Source: Gammaproteobacteria bacterium (GTDB lineage Bacteria > Pseudomonadota > Gammaproteobacteria > Steroidobacterales > PWYM01). From it: a stretch of DNA of 64,000 nt. Under the pieces are notes generated by a model, which was given only the letters and a program-made list of their open reading frames with translations, ran no database searches and was not told the origin of the DNA. The DNA lies in contig PWZL01000012.1 in the NCBI GenBank assembly GCA_003567475.1, forward strand, positions 5,290-69,289. Direction: 5' to 3'. Shown here piece after piece: positions 1 through 11,552 of the stretch; the stretch's first letter is position 1; the number at the start of each line of letters is the position of its first letter. Both the position numbers and the translations under genes were made by a program.

Positions 1-468
1 CGGTGGGTTGGGCATCGGGTTGTCGTAGAGGTTGAAGCGGATACGGCCTTCGCCGTCGACCACGAACACCCCCGGCAGCACCCAGGCGCCGTAGTCCTCG
101 GCGATCGACTCACCGTCGAGCAGCAGCTGGAAGTCATATCCGGTGGCGGCCAGATAGGCCGCGGGATTCTTCTCGGTTTCTCGGAAATTAATCGCAAATA
201 CCCGAGCTTTTTCTCCATGATCGCGAAGTATCGCGTCCAGTTCGGGTTTTACTTCGTTGCAGAACGGGCACCATGTCGCCCAGAAATAGTAGATGTCCAC
301 GCCATCACGCTGGGCGGGTAGCGAGACTTCGCCCCCTTCGCCATCGGCCAGTGTGAAGGCCGGCGCCTTGGGCGGCTCCGCGGCAGCGGGGCCTGGCAGG
401 GCCAGAGTGGCGATCAGCCCGAGGGCCATCAGCACGGCGGTGACCCGGATATCGGTGTGAATCTTCAT
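1..468 (-). CDS. TlpA/ResA-like periplasmic thiol:disulfide oxidoreductase (thioredoxin fold); 3' end cut by window edge
   Basis: Not in ORF track because there is no stop in the window. My translation from the ATG at 468-466 gives MKIHTDIRVTAVLMALGLIATLALPGPAAA (signal peptide) ... VDIYYFWATWCPFCNEVKPELD ... LPGVFVVDGEGRIRF. It has a WCPFC redox motif and a redoxin layout. Confidence 0.75.
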   Translation of the reverse strand, partial: MKIHTDIRVTAVLMALGLIATLALPGPAAAEPPKAPAFTLADGEGGEVSLPAQRDGVDIYYFWATWCPFCNEVKPELDAILRDHGEKARVFAINFRETEKNPAAYLAATGYDFQLLLDGESIAEDYGAWVLPGVFVVDGEGRIRFNLYDNPMPNPP

Positions 469-500
469 AGGCATCCTCCCGCGCCCTGGGACAGGTGCGA

Positions 501-1283
501 TCATTCCATGTGCCAGCCGTGGCTGATGAGCAGCGACTGGCCGGTGAGTGCATTCGTGGGAAAGGCTGCAAAGAACACGGCGGCACGGGTGACGTCGTCC
601 AGGGTACTGAATTCGTTGTCGACGGTGTCCTTCAGCATGATCTGCCTGACCACGTCTTCCTCGCTCAGACCGAGCTCTGCGGCCTGCTGAGGGATCTGGC
701 GGTCGACCAGCGGCGTGCGCACGAAGCCGGGGCAGATGACGTTCGCGCGCACGCCGAACGCGGCACCCTCGCGGGCGATGGCCCGGCCGAGTCCGATCAG
801 TCCATGTTTGGCGGTGACGTACGGGGCCTTCAAGGGAGAGGCCAGCTTGGAATGCACCGAGCCCATCAGCAGGATGCTGCCGCCGCGACCCTGTAGACGC
901 ATGTGCCGGAGACAGGCTCGCGAGGTCAGGAAGCTGCCATCGAGATGGACTCGAAGCACGCGCTGCCAGTCCTCGTAGCGCAGTTCCGTGAGGGCTGCGA
1001 TGTGCTGGATGCCGGCATTGCTGACGAGCACGTCGATGCCGCCGCAGTGGGCCACCAGCTGGTCGACCGCCGCATCGACGGCAGTCTCGTCGGTCACATC
1101 CAGTGCCAGCGCGAGCGCCTGTCCGCCGCTGTCCTGGATCATCGAGGCCGTGTCCTGGGCGGTGTCGGCGTCGAGATCGGCGACGCCGACCACCGCGCCT
1201 TCACGGGCGAAGGCCTGCGCGAGTTCACGGCCGATCCCGCTCCCGGCGCCGGTCACCAGGCAGCTCTTGTCTTTCAGCAGCAT
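501..1283 (-). CDS. bdhA: D-beta-hydroxybutyrate dehydrogenase-like short-chain dehydrogenase/reductase
   Basis: ORF 501..1352 trimmed to the ATG at 1283 (MLLKDKSCLVTGAGSGIG, AGGAA upstream). It has the TGxxxGIG dinucleotide motif, NAGIQHIA, the YVTAKHG catalytic Tyr-Lys, and ICPGFVRTPLV. I associate this pattern with BdhA-type SDRs. Confidence 0.75.
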   Translation of the reverse strand: MLLKDKSCLVTGAGSGIGRELAQAFAREGAVVGVADLDADTAQDTASMIQDSGGQALALALDVTDETAVDAAVDQLVAHCGGIDVLVSNAGIQHIAALTELRYEDWQRVLRVHLDGSFLTSRACLRHMRLQGRGGSILLMGSVHSKLASPLKAPYVTAKHGLIGLGRAIAREGAAFGVRANVICPGFVRTPLVDRQIPQQAAELGLSEEDVVRQIMLKDTVDNEFSTLDDVTRAAVFFAAFPTNALTGQSLLISHGWHME

Positions 1284-1308
1284 GCGGTATTCCTGGAGGT
1301 CATTCGCC

Positions 1309-2124
1309 TCAGCGGGCCTGCGTATCCGGATCCGCGTCGGTGGCCCGGCCACGCTCCGGACCGAAGATACGCGCCATGATCAGGCCCACTTCATAAAGAA
1401 TGTACACGGGGACGGCAAGCAGCGTCTGGGAGATGATATCGGGCGGGGTGAGCAGCATGCCCAGCACGAAGCAGCCCAGGAACACATAGGCCCGATAACT
1501 TCCCAGGCGCTCCACGGTGGTGAATCCGGTCCAGACCATCAGCACCGTGGCGATCGGCACCTCGAAGGCCAGGCCGAAGGCGAAGAACAGCGTCAGCACG
1601 AAATCGAGATACATGCCGATGTCGGTCGAGACCGTCACACCGGCCGGGGCGACGGCGGTGAAGAACGCGAACATCAGTGGGAAGACCACATAATAGGCGA
1701 ACGCAATGCCCAGGTAGAACAGCAGGATGCTCGACACCAGCAGGGGTACGGCCAGGCGTTTCTCGCGCCGGTAGAGTCCCGGCGCGACGAAGGCCCAGAC
1801 CTGGTAGATCACCACGGGCATGGCCACGAAGATCGCGCAGAAGAACGCCAGCTTGAAGGGCGTGAGAAATGGCGAGGCCACCCCGATGGCCACCATGCTC
1901 GCCCCTTCCGGCAACTGGCGCATCAGCGGCGTGGCCACGAGCGTGAACAGCTGTTCGGCAAACGGCACCAGCGCGACGAACACCAGCAGGACCGCCAGCA
2001 TCGCGCGGAGCAGGCGATTGCGTAACTCCACGAGGTGGGAGATCAGCGTACCTTCGGCCAGCTCCTCTTCTTCGGGGGCCGACGGCGGCTCAGGGGTCGC
2101 GCTGTCGCGGCGCTTGAACATCAT
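1309..2124 (-). CDS. tatC: Sec-independent (Tat) translocase subunit TatC
   Basis: 271-aa polytopic protein. HLVELRNRLLRAMLAVLLVF is a typical TatC N-terminus. It overlaps the tatB stop by 4 nt (tatABC operon order). Confidence 0.95.
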   Translation of the reverse strand: MMFKRRDSATPEPPSAPEEEELAEGTLISHLVELRNRLLRAMLAVLLVFVALVPFAEQLFTLVATPLMRQLPEGASMVAIGVASPFLTPFKLAFFCAIFVAMPVVIYQVWAFVAPGLYRREKRLAVPLLVSSILLFYLGIAFAYYVVFPLMFAFFTAVAPAGVTVSTDIGMYLDFVLTLFFAFGLAFEVPIATVLMVWTGFTTVERLGSYRAYVFLGCFVLGMLLTPPDIISQTLLAVPVYILYEVGLIMARIFGPERGRATDADPDTQAR

Positions 2125-2516
2125 TCGTTCCGTCTGGCGTGGGGCGTATCCGGCGCGGGCGGCCGTTCTCCGGTGGTGTCCATGGCCGCGGCGCTGCGCT
2201 CTTCAGCCGGCGCCTCATCGTCGGTCGCTGCCGGCTCCGCGGGCGTGTGTTCCGGCACCCGGGAGGTCGGTGATGGTGTCCGGGTGCCGTCCGCATCCAC
2301 CGGCGCCTGCTGGGCGCGGCGCTTCTGCTCGGCTTCACGACGCTCGGTCAGGTCAAGTTCGTGCTCGATCTGCCAGCGCAGCTGCGAGGCGGTCCGCCGG
2401 GCCTGGCGCATCCACCGCCCCAGCTGACCGACCACGCGCGGCAGTCGCTCTGGCCCGAGAATGAGCAGACCGAGGCCGGCGAGCACCAGCAGCTCCCAAA
2501 ACCCGATATCGAACAT
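2121..2516 (-). CDS. tatB: Tat translocase subunit TatB
   Basis: MFDIGFWELLVLAGLGLLILGPERLP is the TatA/B-family N-terminal TM plus amphipathic helix. It has a longer charged tail and sits between tatA and tatC. Confidence 0.9.
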   Translation of the reverse strand: MFDIGFWELLVLAGLGLLILGPERLPRVVGQLGRWMRQARRTASQLRWQIEHELDLTERREAEQKRRAQQAPVDADGTRTPSPTSRVPEHTPAEPAATDDEAPAEERSAAAMDTTGERPPAPDTPHARRNE

Positions 2517-2519
2517 GGC

Positions 2520-2774
2520 TCAACCGGAACGCGAGTCGTGTGTCTCCTCGCGTTTCTCGGCGGGGTCGAAGTCGGCGTCCACCCGAGTGCTGTCCAGCTG
2601 CTTCGGTGTGACGTCGTCGTCGTCCTTGTCCTTGTCATCCATGGCCTTGCGGAAACTCTTCACCGCGCTGCCCAGATCACCACCCATGCCTTTGAGCTTT
2701 TTCGTGCCGAAGATCAGCACGACGATAAGCAGCACGATGAGCAGCTGCCACAGACTGATGCCGCTGATACCCAT
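2520..2774 (-). CDS. tatA: Tat translocase subunit TatA
   Basis: 84 aa. [35 protein letters not shown] is the canonical TatA/E motif. First gene of tatABC. Confidence 0.9.
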   Translation of the reverse strand: MGISGISLWQLLIVLLIVVLIFGTKKLKGMGGDLGSAVKSFRKAMDDKDKDDDDVTPKQLDSTRVDADFDPAEKREETHDSRSG

Positions 2775-2842
2775 AATTCAGTTACTCCGGGGACCCTTGA
2801 GGACCCACAATGATACGTCATGGCGCCAGGCGCAACGCCCGG

Positions 2843-3292
2843 TCAAACGCCGGTCACCTGGAGCCGGAAGGTCACCGGCCCGTCGTTGCAGAGCCACACC
2901 TGCATGTTAGCGCCGAAGCGGCCACTGACCACCTGTTGTGGATACAGTGCCTCCACCGCCTCTGCCAGCGCGTTGAACAGGGTCTCACCCTGGGCAGGCT
3001 CTGCCGCTCGGCTGAAGCTCGGGCGGTTGCCGCGGCCCGTGTCTGCCGTCAGCGTGAACTGCGGCACCAGCAGCAGTGCACCGCCCGCCTGGCGGATGTC
3101 AAGATTCATCCGACCGGCGCCATCGGGGAAGATTCGGTAGGTCAGCAGCCGTTGGGCGAGTCGACGGCTCTCCGCTTCGCCGTCTTCGCGTTCCACGCCG
3201 ACCAGTACCAGCAGACCGTGTTCGATCGCCGCCACGGTTTCGCCGGCGATGTCCACCCGCGCCTCGCTCACCCGTTGCAGCAGCGCGATCAT
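2843..3292 (-). CDS. dtd: D-aminoacyl-tRNA deacylase
   Basis: ORF 2843..3478 trimmed to MIALLQRV (ATG at 3292; alternative MDRIM start at 3304). It has the ...GLLVLVGVE..., ...LLVPQFTL... and ...MQVWLCNDGPVT... Dtd motifs and is about 150 aa. Confidence 0.9.
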   Translation of the reverse strand: MIALLQRVSEARVDIAGETVAAIEHGLLVLVGVEREDGEAESRRLAQRLLTYRIFPDGAGRMNLDIRQAGGALLLVPQFTLTADTGRGNRPSFSRAAEPAQGETLFNALAEAVEALYPQQVVSGRFGANMQVWLCNDGPVTFRLQVTGV

Positions 3293-3355
3293 GATCCTGT
3301 CCATTCTTCTGACATTCGTGCCTCCCCGGAAGTGCCCCGCTGAGGCAAGCTGGTG

Positions 3356-3469
3356 GCGAAGCATGTCAGCAGACGTGTGTCTGCGGCAACCGGGCAGGGA
3401 GGCCGGCGGACATGCTTCGCGTCCAGGGAAGGGCGCTGCTGGCCCCGGTCGTTGGCCGGGGCCGCTTTT
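3356..3469. repeat. Nested inverted repeats / stem-loop element in the spacer between the TPR gene and dtd
   Basis: Perfect 12-bp inverted repeat GCGAAGCATGTC (3356-3367) / GACATGCTTCGC (3409-3420). It encloses the hairpin GCAGAC-gtgt-GTCTGC (3369-3384). A second GC hairpin follows, GGCCCCGG-tcgttgg-CCGGGGCC (3441-3463), and then GCTTTT on the plus strand. Confidence 0.6.
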
Positions 3470-3519
3470 GGCTGGCATCGCGTCACTGGCGAACGGCCCA
3501 ATCCGCGCCCGCGCGACAC

Positions 3520-3840
3520 CTAGCCCTGCCGGTCAAGCCGGCGCAGGAATACCCTCATCTCCCGCGCCGCCTGCTGGTCGCCGCGCCGCTCGGCGACCGC
3601 GATCCCCTGTCGCCATGCGCTCGCCGCGCCCGCGGCGTCGCCCGTCTGCAGCCGCGCCTTGCCAAGCAGCTTCCAGGCGGCGGAGTAGTCCGCGTCATGC
3701 CGGGTCGCCTGCTCCAGGTGCAACGCCGCCAGTGGCGCCTCGTCGCTCTGCAGGCAAAGGCTGCCCAGCGAAAACCTGAGCAGCGCGCTGTCCTGGCCCC
3801 GCGCCAGCATGGCCTCGAGATTTTTTCGAACACCGCTCAT
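3520..3840 (-). CDS. Small TPR-like repeat protein, function unknown
   Basis: 106 aa. It has helical-repeat sequence (...ATRHDADYSAAWKLLGKARLQTGDAAGAASAWRQGIAVAE...) and sits 20 nt downstream of trkH on the same strand. Confidence 0.5.
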   Translation of the reverse strand: MSGVRKNLEAMLARGQDSALLRFSLGSLCLQSDEAPLAALHLEQATRHDADYSAAWKLLGKARLQTGDAAGAASAWRQGIAVAERRGDQQAAREMRVFLRRLDRQG

Positions 3841-3860
3841 CAGCGCATCCTCCCCGGCTG

Positions 3861-5312
3861 TCAGCGCCGCCAGAACGCTGGCGTGAGCAGGACCAGCACG
3901 GTGAAGACCTCCAGACGTCCGACCAGCATGCCGAAGATGCCGGTCCAGCGGGCGACCAGGTTGACGTCCCCGAAGCCCTGGGCGACGTCACCCAGGCCCG
4001 GGCCAAGCACGTTGAGGGTCGCGGCTGTGGCCGAAAAGGCGGTGACCTGGTCGAGACCGCTGCCGAGCATGATCAGCATCATCATGGCAAAGACGATCAT
4101 GTAGACCGAAAAGAAGCCCCAGACCGCTTCGATCACCCGGTCAGGCACTGCCCGCGAGCCGTACTTCACCGGCATCACGGCCGCCGGATGCACCAGCCGC
4201 CGCAGTTCCCGATCCCCCTGCCGGAGCACCAGCAGCCAGCGGACCACCTTCATCCCCGCTGCCGTGGAGCCGGCACAGCCCCCGACAAAACTCAGCAGTA
4301 TCAGCATCACTGGCAGGGCGCCTGGCCAGTCGGCAAAGTCCGCACTGGCGTAGCCGGTACTCGTGCCCAATGAGACCACCTGAAACAGACCCTTGATGAA
4401 GGCCCGGTCGATGCGCTCATACACTCCGGCAAACATCAGGTACGCCACCACGATAACGGTGACCAGCGAGTAGAAGGTCAGGTAGGCGCGGAATTCCGCG
4501 TCCTGCAGATAATGCTTCAGTGATGGCGCGCGCCAGGCCAGGAAATGCAGGGAAAAGTTGATCCCGCCAATGAACATGAACACCACGGCGATGAGTTCGA
4601 TCAGCGGGCTGTCGAAGTGGCCGATACTTGCGTCCTTGGTCGAGAAGCCGCCGGTGGCGACGGTCGAGAAGCTGTGGCAGATGGCCTCGAAGGCGGTCAT
4701 GCCAGCGGCCCAGTAGGCGAGGAAACAGGCCACGGTCAGCGTCACGTAGACATACCACAGCGCGCGCGCCGTACCCGTGATCCGTGGGGTCAGCTTGTTG
4801 TCCTTCACAGGACCGGGCGCTTCCGCCCGATACAGCTGCATGCCGCCCACTCCGAGCAGTGGCAGAATCGCCACCGCCAGCAGGATGATGCCCATGCCGC
4901 CCATCCACTGCAGCTGCTGGCGGTACCACAGCAGCGCAGGCGGCATGTCGTCGAGGCCGGTCAGGACCGTTGCCCCGGTAGTCGTCAGCCCCGACATCGA
5001 CTCGAACAATGCATTGGTGAAACTGATCTGTGGCTCAGGCACCAGCATGAACGGCAGGGATCCGAACAGCGGGACCACGGTCCACATGGTGGTGGTCACC
5101 AGGAAGCCGTCCTTGATCTTGAGATCCGCCGTCACCTCGCGGAACGGATGCCACATCAGCGCCCCGCCGAACAGGGCCACCAGCAGCGCGATCAGAAACG
5201 CGGGCCACGTACCATCGCCAAAGATCAGCGAAACCATGATGGGCGGTACCAGTGCGGCACTGAACAGCATCACCAGCAGCCCGGTGACCTTCATGATGAT
5301 TTGCCAATGCAT
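3861..5312 (-). CDS. trkH: Trk-type K+ uptake membrane subunit TrkH
   Basis: 483-aa polytopic protein with repeated pore-loop-like segments (SMSGLTTTGATVL, STVATGGFST, SLGTSTGYAS, GGCAGSTAAGMK). Adjacent to trkA. Confidence 0.9.
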   Translation of the reverse strand: MHWQIIMKVTGLLVMLFSAALVPPIMVSLIFGDGTWPAFLIALLVALFGGALMWHPFREVTADLKIKDGFLVTTTMWTVVPLFGSLPFMLVPEPQISFTNALFESMSGLTTTGATVLTGLDDMPPALLWYRQQLQWMGGMGIILLAVAILPLLGVGGMQLYRAEAPGPVKDNKLTPRITGTARALWYVYVTLTVACFLAYWAAGMTAFEAICHSFSTVATGGFSTKDASIGHFDSPLIELIAVVFMFIGGINFSLHFLAWRAPSLKHYLQDAEFRAYLTFYSLVTVIVVAYLMFAGVYERIDRAFIKGLFQVVSLGTSTGYASADFADWPGALPVMLILLSFVGGCAGSTAAGMKVVRWLLVLRQGDRELRRLVHPAAVMPVKYGSRAVPDRVIEAVWGFFSVYMIVFAMMMLIMLGSGLDQVTAFSATAATLNVLGPGLGDVAQGFGDVNLVARWTGIFGMLVGRLEVFTVLVLLTPAFWRR

Positions 5313-5332
5313 GTCGGTCGCCTGCCCGGGCC

Positions 5333-6709
5333 TTACACGAAAGTGACGCCAACCTGGAACAGGCGCTCGACAGCATCGATGTAGCGACGGTCGGAGAGGA
5401 ACAGCATGACGTGGTCGTCAGCCTCGATGACGGTGTCGTGGTGGGCCGCCATGATCTTCTCACCGCGAACGATCGCGCTGATCGTCGCCCCGGGTGGCAG
5501 CGGAATGTCCTCGATCGCCCGCCCGACCACCTGGGAGTTCTCCCGCTCGCCATGAGCGATGGCTTCGATCGCCTCGGCCGCGCCGCGCCGCAGGCTGTGG
5601 ACCTTGACCACGTCACCGCGGCGGACGTGGGCCAGCAGCGAGCCCAGCGTCACCTGCTGTGGGGAAATGGCGATATCGATGGTGCCCGCCTGGATCAGCT
5701 CTGCATAGGAGGGCCGGTTGACCAGGGCAATGACCCGGTGAGCACCGAGACGCTTGGCGAGCATGGCTGAGAGAATGTTGGCCTCGTCGGCGTTGGTGAC
5801 CGCGCAGAATACGTCGGCGCTGTCCACGCTTTCCTCTAGCAGCAGATCCTCGTCGGCGGCATCGCCATTGAGTACGATCGTGCGTTCGAGCTGCTCCGAG
5901 ATCCGTCGTGCGCGTTCGGGGTCGCGCTCGATGAGCTTGACCTGGTGGCTGTGTTCCAGCGCCCGTGCGAGCCGATATCCGATATTGCCGCCTCCGGCGA
6001 TCACCACCCGTCGGACCGGGTCGTCGAGTTTGCGCATCTCGCTCATCACCGCGCGGACATCGCGCCGCCCGGCGATGAAAAACACCTCGTCGTCTTCCCT
6101 GATGAGCGTGTCGCCGTCGGGAATGATGCTCTCGCCATCGCGGTAAATCGCCACGACACGGGCTTCCGTGTCGGGCATGTGCTCCGGCAGCTCCCGCAAG
6201 GGCCGATCGATCAGCAGCCCCCCCTGGTGTGCCCGCGCCCCGACCATGCGGACCCGCCCGTTGGCGAAATCGAGCACTTGCAACGCGCCAGGGTAGCGCA
6301 CCAGCTGTTCGATATGATCGGTGACCAGCTGCTCCGGGCTGATGCGTACGTCCAGCGCAACGGCATCCGGGGCGAACAGCTCATCGCGCAGCATGTATTC
6401 CGATGCGCGGATGCGGGCGATCTTGGTGGGCGTGTGGAACAGGGTGTAGGCGATCTGGCAGGCGACCATGTTCACCTCGTCGCTGTCGGTCAGCGCCACC
6501 AGGATGTCGGCGTCGGCGCAGCCCGCCCGCTCGAGCACCTCCGGGTGAGAGGCGAAACCGACCACCGTCCGCACGTCCAGCCGATCCTGCAGGTCGCGCA
6601 GGACGCGGGGATCGCGGTCGACAATGGTGACCTCGTTGGCCTCTTCCCGCGACAGGCTGATCGCCGCCGTCGAGCCGACCTGCCCCGCCCCCAGGATCAG
6701 GATCCTCAT
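5333..6709 (-). CDS. trkA: Trk system K+ uptake protein TrkA (tandem RCK/NAD-binding domains)
   Basis: 458 aa. Two Rossmann motifs are present: MRILILGAGQVGSTAA and VVIAGGGNIGYRLA. Classic TrkA architecture. Confidence 0.92.
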   Translation of the reverse strand: MRILILGAGQVGSTAAISLSREEANEVTIVDRDPRVLRDLQDRLDVRTVVGFASHPEVLERAGCADADILVALTDSDEVNMVACQIAYTLFHTPTKIARIRASEYMLRDELFAPDAVALDVRISPEQLVTDHIEQLVRYPGALQVLDFANGRVRMVGARAHQGGLLIDRPLRELPEHMPDTEARVVAIYRDGESIIPDGDTLIREDDEVFFIAGRRDVRAVMSEMRKLDDPVRRVVIAGGGNIGYRLARALEHSHQVKLIERDPERARRISEQLERTIVLNGDAADEDLLLEESVDSADVFCAVTNADEANILSAMLAKRLGAHRVIALVNRPSYAELIQAGTIDIAISPQQVTLGSLLAHVRRGDVVKVHSLRRGAAEAIEAIAHGERENSQVVGRAIEDIPLPPGATISAIVRGEKIMAAHHDTVIEADDHVMLFLSDRRYIDAVERLFQVGVTFV

Positions 6710-6748
6710 GCTGGTCTCCCGTGACCGGTCCCGCCGGTCAGCAACAGC

Positions 6749-8926
<2,178 letters not shown>

Positions 8927-9035
8927 CGGCTCATTGTACCGCCACAGCCGGATCGCAGGGCCCCGAGACGCGGAACGTGATCGGGTCGACGTGGGTCGAA
9001 GGGTATATAGTCACCCGTTGTCAAGGGAGAGCCTC

Positions 9036-9638
9036 ATGATCAGGATTGTTTTGCTTGCAGCGGCCGCACTGGCGCTGAGCGCCTGCGCCAGCCAGCAGCC
9101 GCAGGTACGCGTGCACAGTGATGGCACGACCGACCTGGCCGGCTATCAGCGCTATGCCTATGTCGAGAGCCTGGGTACCGATAAGGCCGAATACACCACC
9201 CTGTTGACCCGCTACCTGCAGGAGGCGGTGGACCGGGAGCTCGGCGCCCGCGGTTACCAGCGCGTCGATGCGCCGGCGGACGCGGACTTTCTCGTGAACT
9301 TCTACGTGTCCACACGGGAGCGCACCGACGTCCGCGAGCGCCCCGCCGTCACGGTGGACGCGTATTACGGCTACCGCCGGGGAGGCTATGGCGTCTGGAC
9401 CGGCTACCCGGTCAGCCGGGATGTCCGCAGTTACACCGAGGGTACCCTCCATGTCGATCTCGTCGACCGGGCGCTGAACCAGCTGGTCTGGGAGGGCGTC
9501 GCCGTGGGTCGGGTCACCCAGGCCGCCATGGAAGATCCGCGCAATGCGGTTGCCGACGGCGTGGCGGCCATCTTCCAGCGCTATCCCTACCGGGCGGCTA
9601 CAGGCCCGGCAGATAGTGATCGATCAGGAGAAAACTGA
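9036..9638 (+). CDS. DUF4136-type lipoprotein
   Basis: ORF 8439..9638 trimmed to the ATG at 9036 (GGGAGA upstream). [17 protein letters not shown] is a lipobox. ...[10 protein letters not shown]... and ...GTLHVDLVD...LVWEG... are typical DUF4136 strands. The 5' part of the track ORF is antisense to uvrD. Confidence 0.7.
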   Translation: MIRIVLLAAAALALSACASQQPQVRVHSDGTTDLAGYQRYAYVESLGTDKAEYTTLLTRYLQEAVDRELGARGYQRVDAPADADFLVNFYVSTRERTDVRERPAVTVDAYYGYRRGGYGVWTGYPVSRDVRSYTEGTLHVDLVDRALNQLVWEGVAVGRVTQAAMEDPRNAVADGVAAIFQRYPYRAATGPADSDRSGEN

Positions 9639-10491
9639 ACAACGCCATCAGGTAGGTGATGGAGTAGTTGAAGGTCTTCATCGGCAGATCGGCGCGCTCG
9701 GACAGATACAGTGCGATGGCGTAGTACAGGAACCCTGCACCCAGAGCGAGTGCGCCGAACAGGTAGAACTCGCCACTCATGTGCGTGATCCACGGCAGTA
9801 GCGTGATCAGCACCAGCAGGATCGTGTAGAGCAGGATGTACAGGCGGGTGAAGGGAATCCCGTGGGTGACCGGCAGCATCGGGATCCCCACCTTGGCATA
9901 GTCGTCCCGCCGGGCGATGGCCAACGCCCAGAAATGGGGTGGGGTCCAGACGAAGATGATGAGGAACAGCAGCAGCGAATGCGGGTCGATGCTGTTGGTG
10001 ACGGCCACCCAGCCCAGGACCGGCGGTGCGGCGCCGGCCGCGCCACCGATGACGATGTTCTGGGGCGTCGCGCGCTTGAGAAACACGGTGTAGATGATCG
10101 CGTAGCCGATCAGCGAAGCGAAGGTCAGGACTGCCGTGAGTGGATTGATCAGCACCGTCAGTACGACCATCGACGCCACCGCGAGCAGGATCGCGAACAC
10201 CACCGCCTGGCGTTCGCTGACGTGCCCGGTCGGCAGCGGACGGTTGCGGGTACGGTCCATGATCGCGTCGATGCGAGCATCGAGCACGTGATTGACCACC
10301 GCCGCGGACGAGGCGGCCAACCAGATCCCCAGGGTGCCGAAGATCAGGGCCGTCAGCGGCGGCCAAGCGGTGGTGGCGAGGAACATGCCCACGACCGCGG
10401 TGAACACGATCAGCGCGACGACCCGGGGCTTGCACAGCTCGAGGTAATCTGCCGCTCGTGGCGCACGCGTGTCCTGGACGAGGGCATTCAT
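9598..10491 (-). CDS. cyoE: Protoheme IX farnesyltransferase (heme O synthase)
   Basis: 297 aa, UbiA-family prenyltransferase. It has [23 protein letters not shown] and ...[10 protein letters not shown].... It overlaps ctaA by 4 nt within the cox cluster. Confidence 0.9.
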   Translation of the reverse strand: MNALVQDTRAPRAADYLELCKPRVVALIVFTAVVGMFLATTAWPPLTALIFGTLGIWLAASSAAVVNHVLDARIDAIMDRTRNRPLPTGHVSERQAVVFAILLAVASMVVLTVLINPLTAVLTFASLIGYAIIYTVFLKRATPQNIVIGGAAGAAPPVLGWVAVTNSIDPHSLLLFLIIFVWTPPHFWALAIARRDDYAKVGIPMLPVTHGIPFTRLYILLYTILLVLITLLPWITHMSGEFYLFGALALGAGFLYYAIALYLSERADLPMKTFNYSITYLMALFSFLLIDHYLPGL

Positions 10492-11552
10492 GCTGGCGCC
10501 GCACTCACCGATGCTGTCCCGGCGGGCGTCGATTTCGCCGGGATCGCGTCCACCGGCATACGCCGCAGCGTGAAATTCAGGTTGATGACGGCCAGCAATA
10601 GCAGTGCCGCCATGCCGTTATGGGCGGTGGCCAGTCCCAGCGGCAGGCTGTAGAGCACAATGAGGATGCCGATGCTGACCTGGGCCACCAGCGCAGCGGT
10701 CATCAGCCAGGCTGCGCGATGGACTCTGCGCGAGTCACTGCGTCGCAGCGCAGCGGTGGCGAGCCATAACAGCACCGCCGAGGCGATCACGGCCCCGATC
10801 CGGTGGGTCATGTGGATGGCCGTGTTGGCTTCACCATCCAGGATACCGTGTTCGTAATCGACGCCGAGACCACGCCACATGATGAAGGCTTCGTTGAAGT
10901 CCATGTCCGGCCACCACTGCGTCTGGCAGGTGGGAAAATCCGGACAGGCCAGGGCCGCGTAATTGGTGCTGGTCCACCCGCCGAGGGCGATCTGGACGAC
11001 CAGTACCGCCAGCCCGGCGATGCCCAGTCGGCGCAGTCCGAGACCTTCCCGTGGCGGCCGCGGTGTATGCCGTGCCATACGCGCAAGCAGAAACAGCCCT
11101 CCCAGGGTGGTCAGACCGCCGAGCAGATGCAGCATGACGATCAGCGGCTTGAGCAGCAGGGTGACGGTCCACATCCCGAGCAGGGACTGGAAGATGATCA
11201 GTGCCAGCAGCCCCACCGGCAGCGCGACCGGCTGCTCCGGGTCCCGGCGGTTGACGATGGCCAGGACCGCCAGCGCCAGCGTCATGAGCCCGAGGATACC
11301 GGCAAGGTAGCGATGGATCATTTCGCGCCAGGCCGCACCGATGTCCACGGCGCGATCGGGTCGGAACTGCTCCGCCCGGGCCAGCTGTTCCTCGGTCTGG
11401 GGCACGGTCAGTACCCCATAACAGCCGGGCCAGTCCGGGCAGCCCAGGCCGGCGTCGGTCAGGCGGACCCAGGCCCCGAGTATGACCACGAAGAAACACA
11501 CCACCGGGGCGGTGCGGGCGAGCATGAAAAACGCGTTACGCATGGCGATCAT
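10488..11552 (-). CDS. ctaA: Heme A synthase (COX15/CtaA)
   Basis: 354 aa, 8 predicted TM segments. It has [12 protein letters not shown] and HRYLAG / HRIGA histidine motifs typical of COX15. Confidence 0.85.
   Translation of the reverse strand: MIAMRNAFFMLARTAPVVCFFVVILGAWVRLTDAGLGCPDWPGCYGVLTVPQTEEQLARAEQFRPDRAVDIGAAWREMIHRYLAGILGLMTLALAVLAIVNRRDPEQPVALPVGLLALIIFQSLLGMWTVTLLLKPLIVMLHLLGGLTTLGGLFLLARMARHTPRPPREGLGLRRLGIAGLAVLVVQIALGGWTSTNYAALACPDFPTCQTQWWPDMDFNEAFIMWRGLGVDYEHGILDGEANTAIHMTHRIGAVIASAVLLWLATAALRRSDSRRVHRAAWLMTAALVAQVSIGILIVLYSLPLGLATAHNGMAALLLLAVINLNFTLRRMPVDAIPAKSTPAGTASVSAAPA

Noticed and set aside
2937-2945. Isolated near-consensus DnaA box (GTATCCACA on the minus strand) inside dtd
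   Set aside because: It is a single one-mismatch 9-mer inside a coding region with no neighbouring boxes or AT-rich tract. That is compatible with chance.
9598-9638. 41-bp convergent overlap of the DUF4136 lipoprotein gene and cyoE 3' ends
   Set aside because: It is probably a benign tail overlap. The last 14 codons or so of the lipoprotein ORF are non-conserved-looking ([13 protein letters not shown]). There is no structure or motif to suggest regulation, so it is not worth a separate finding.
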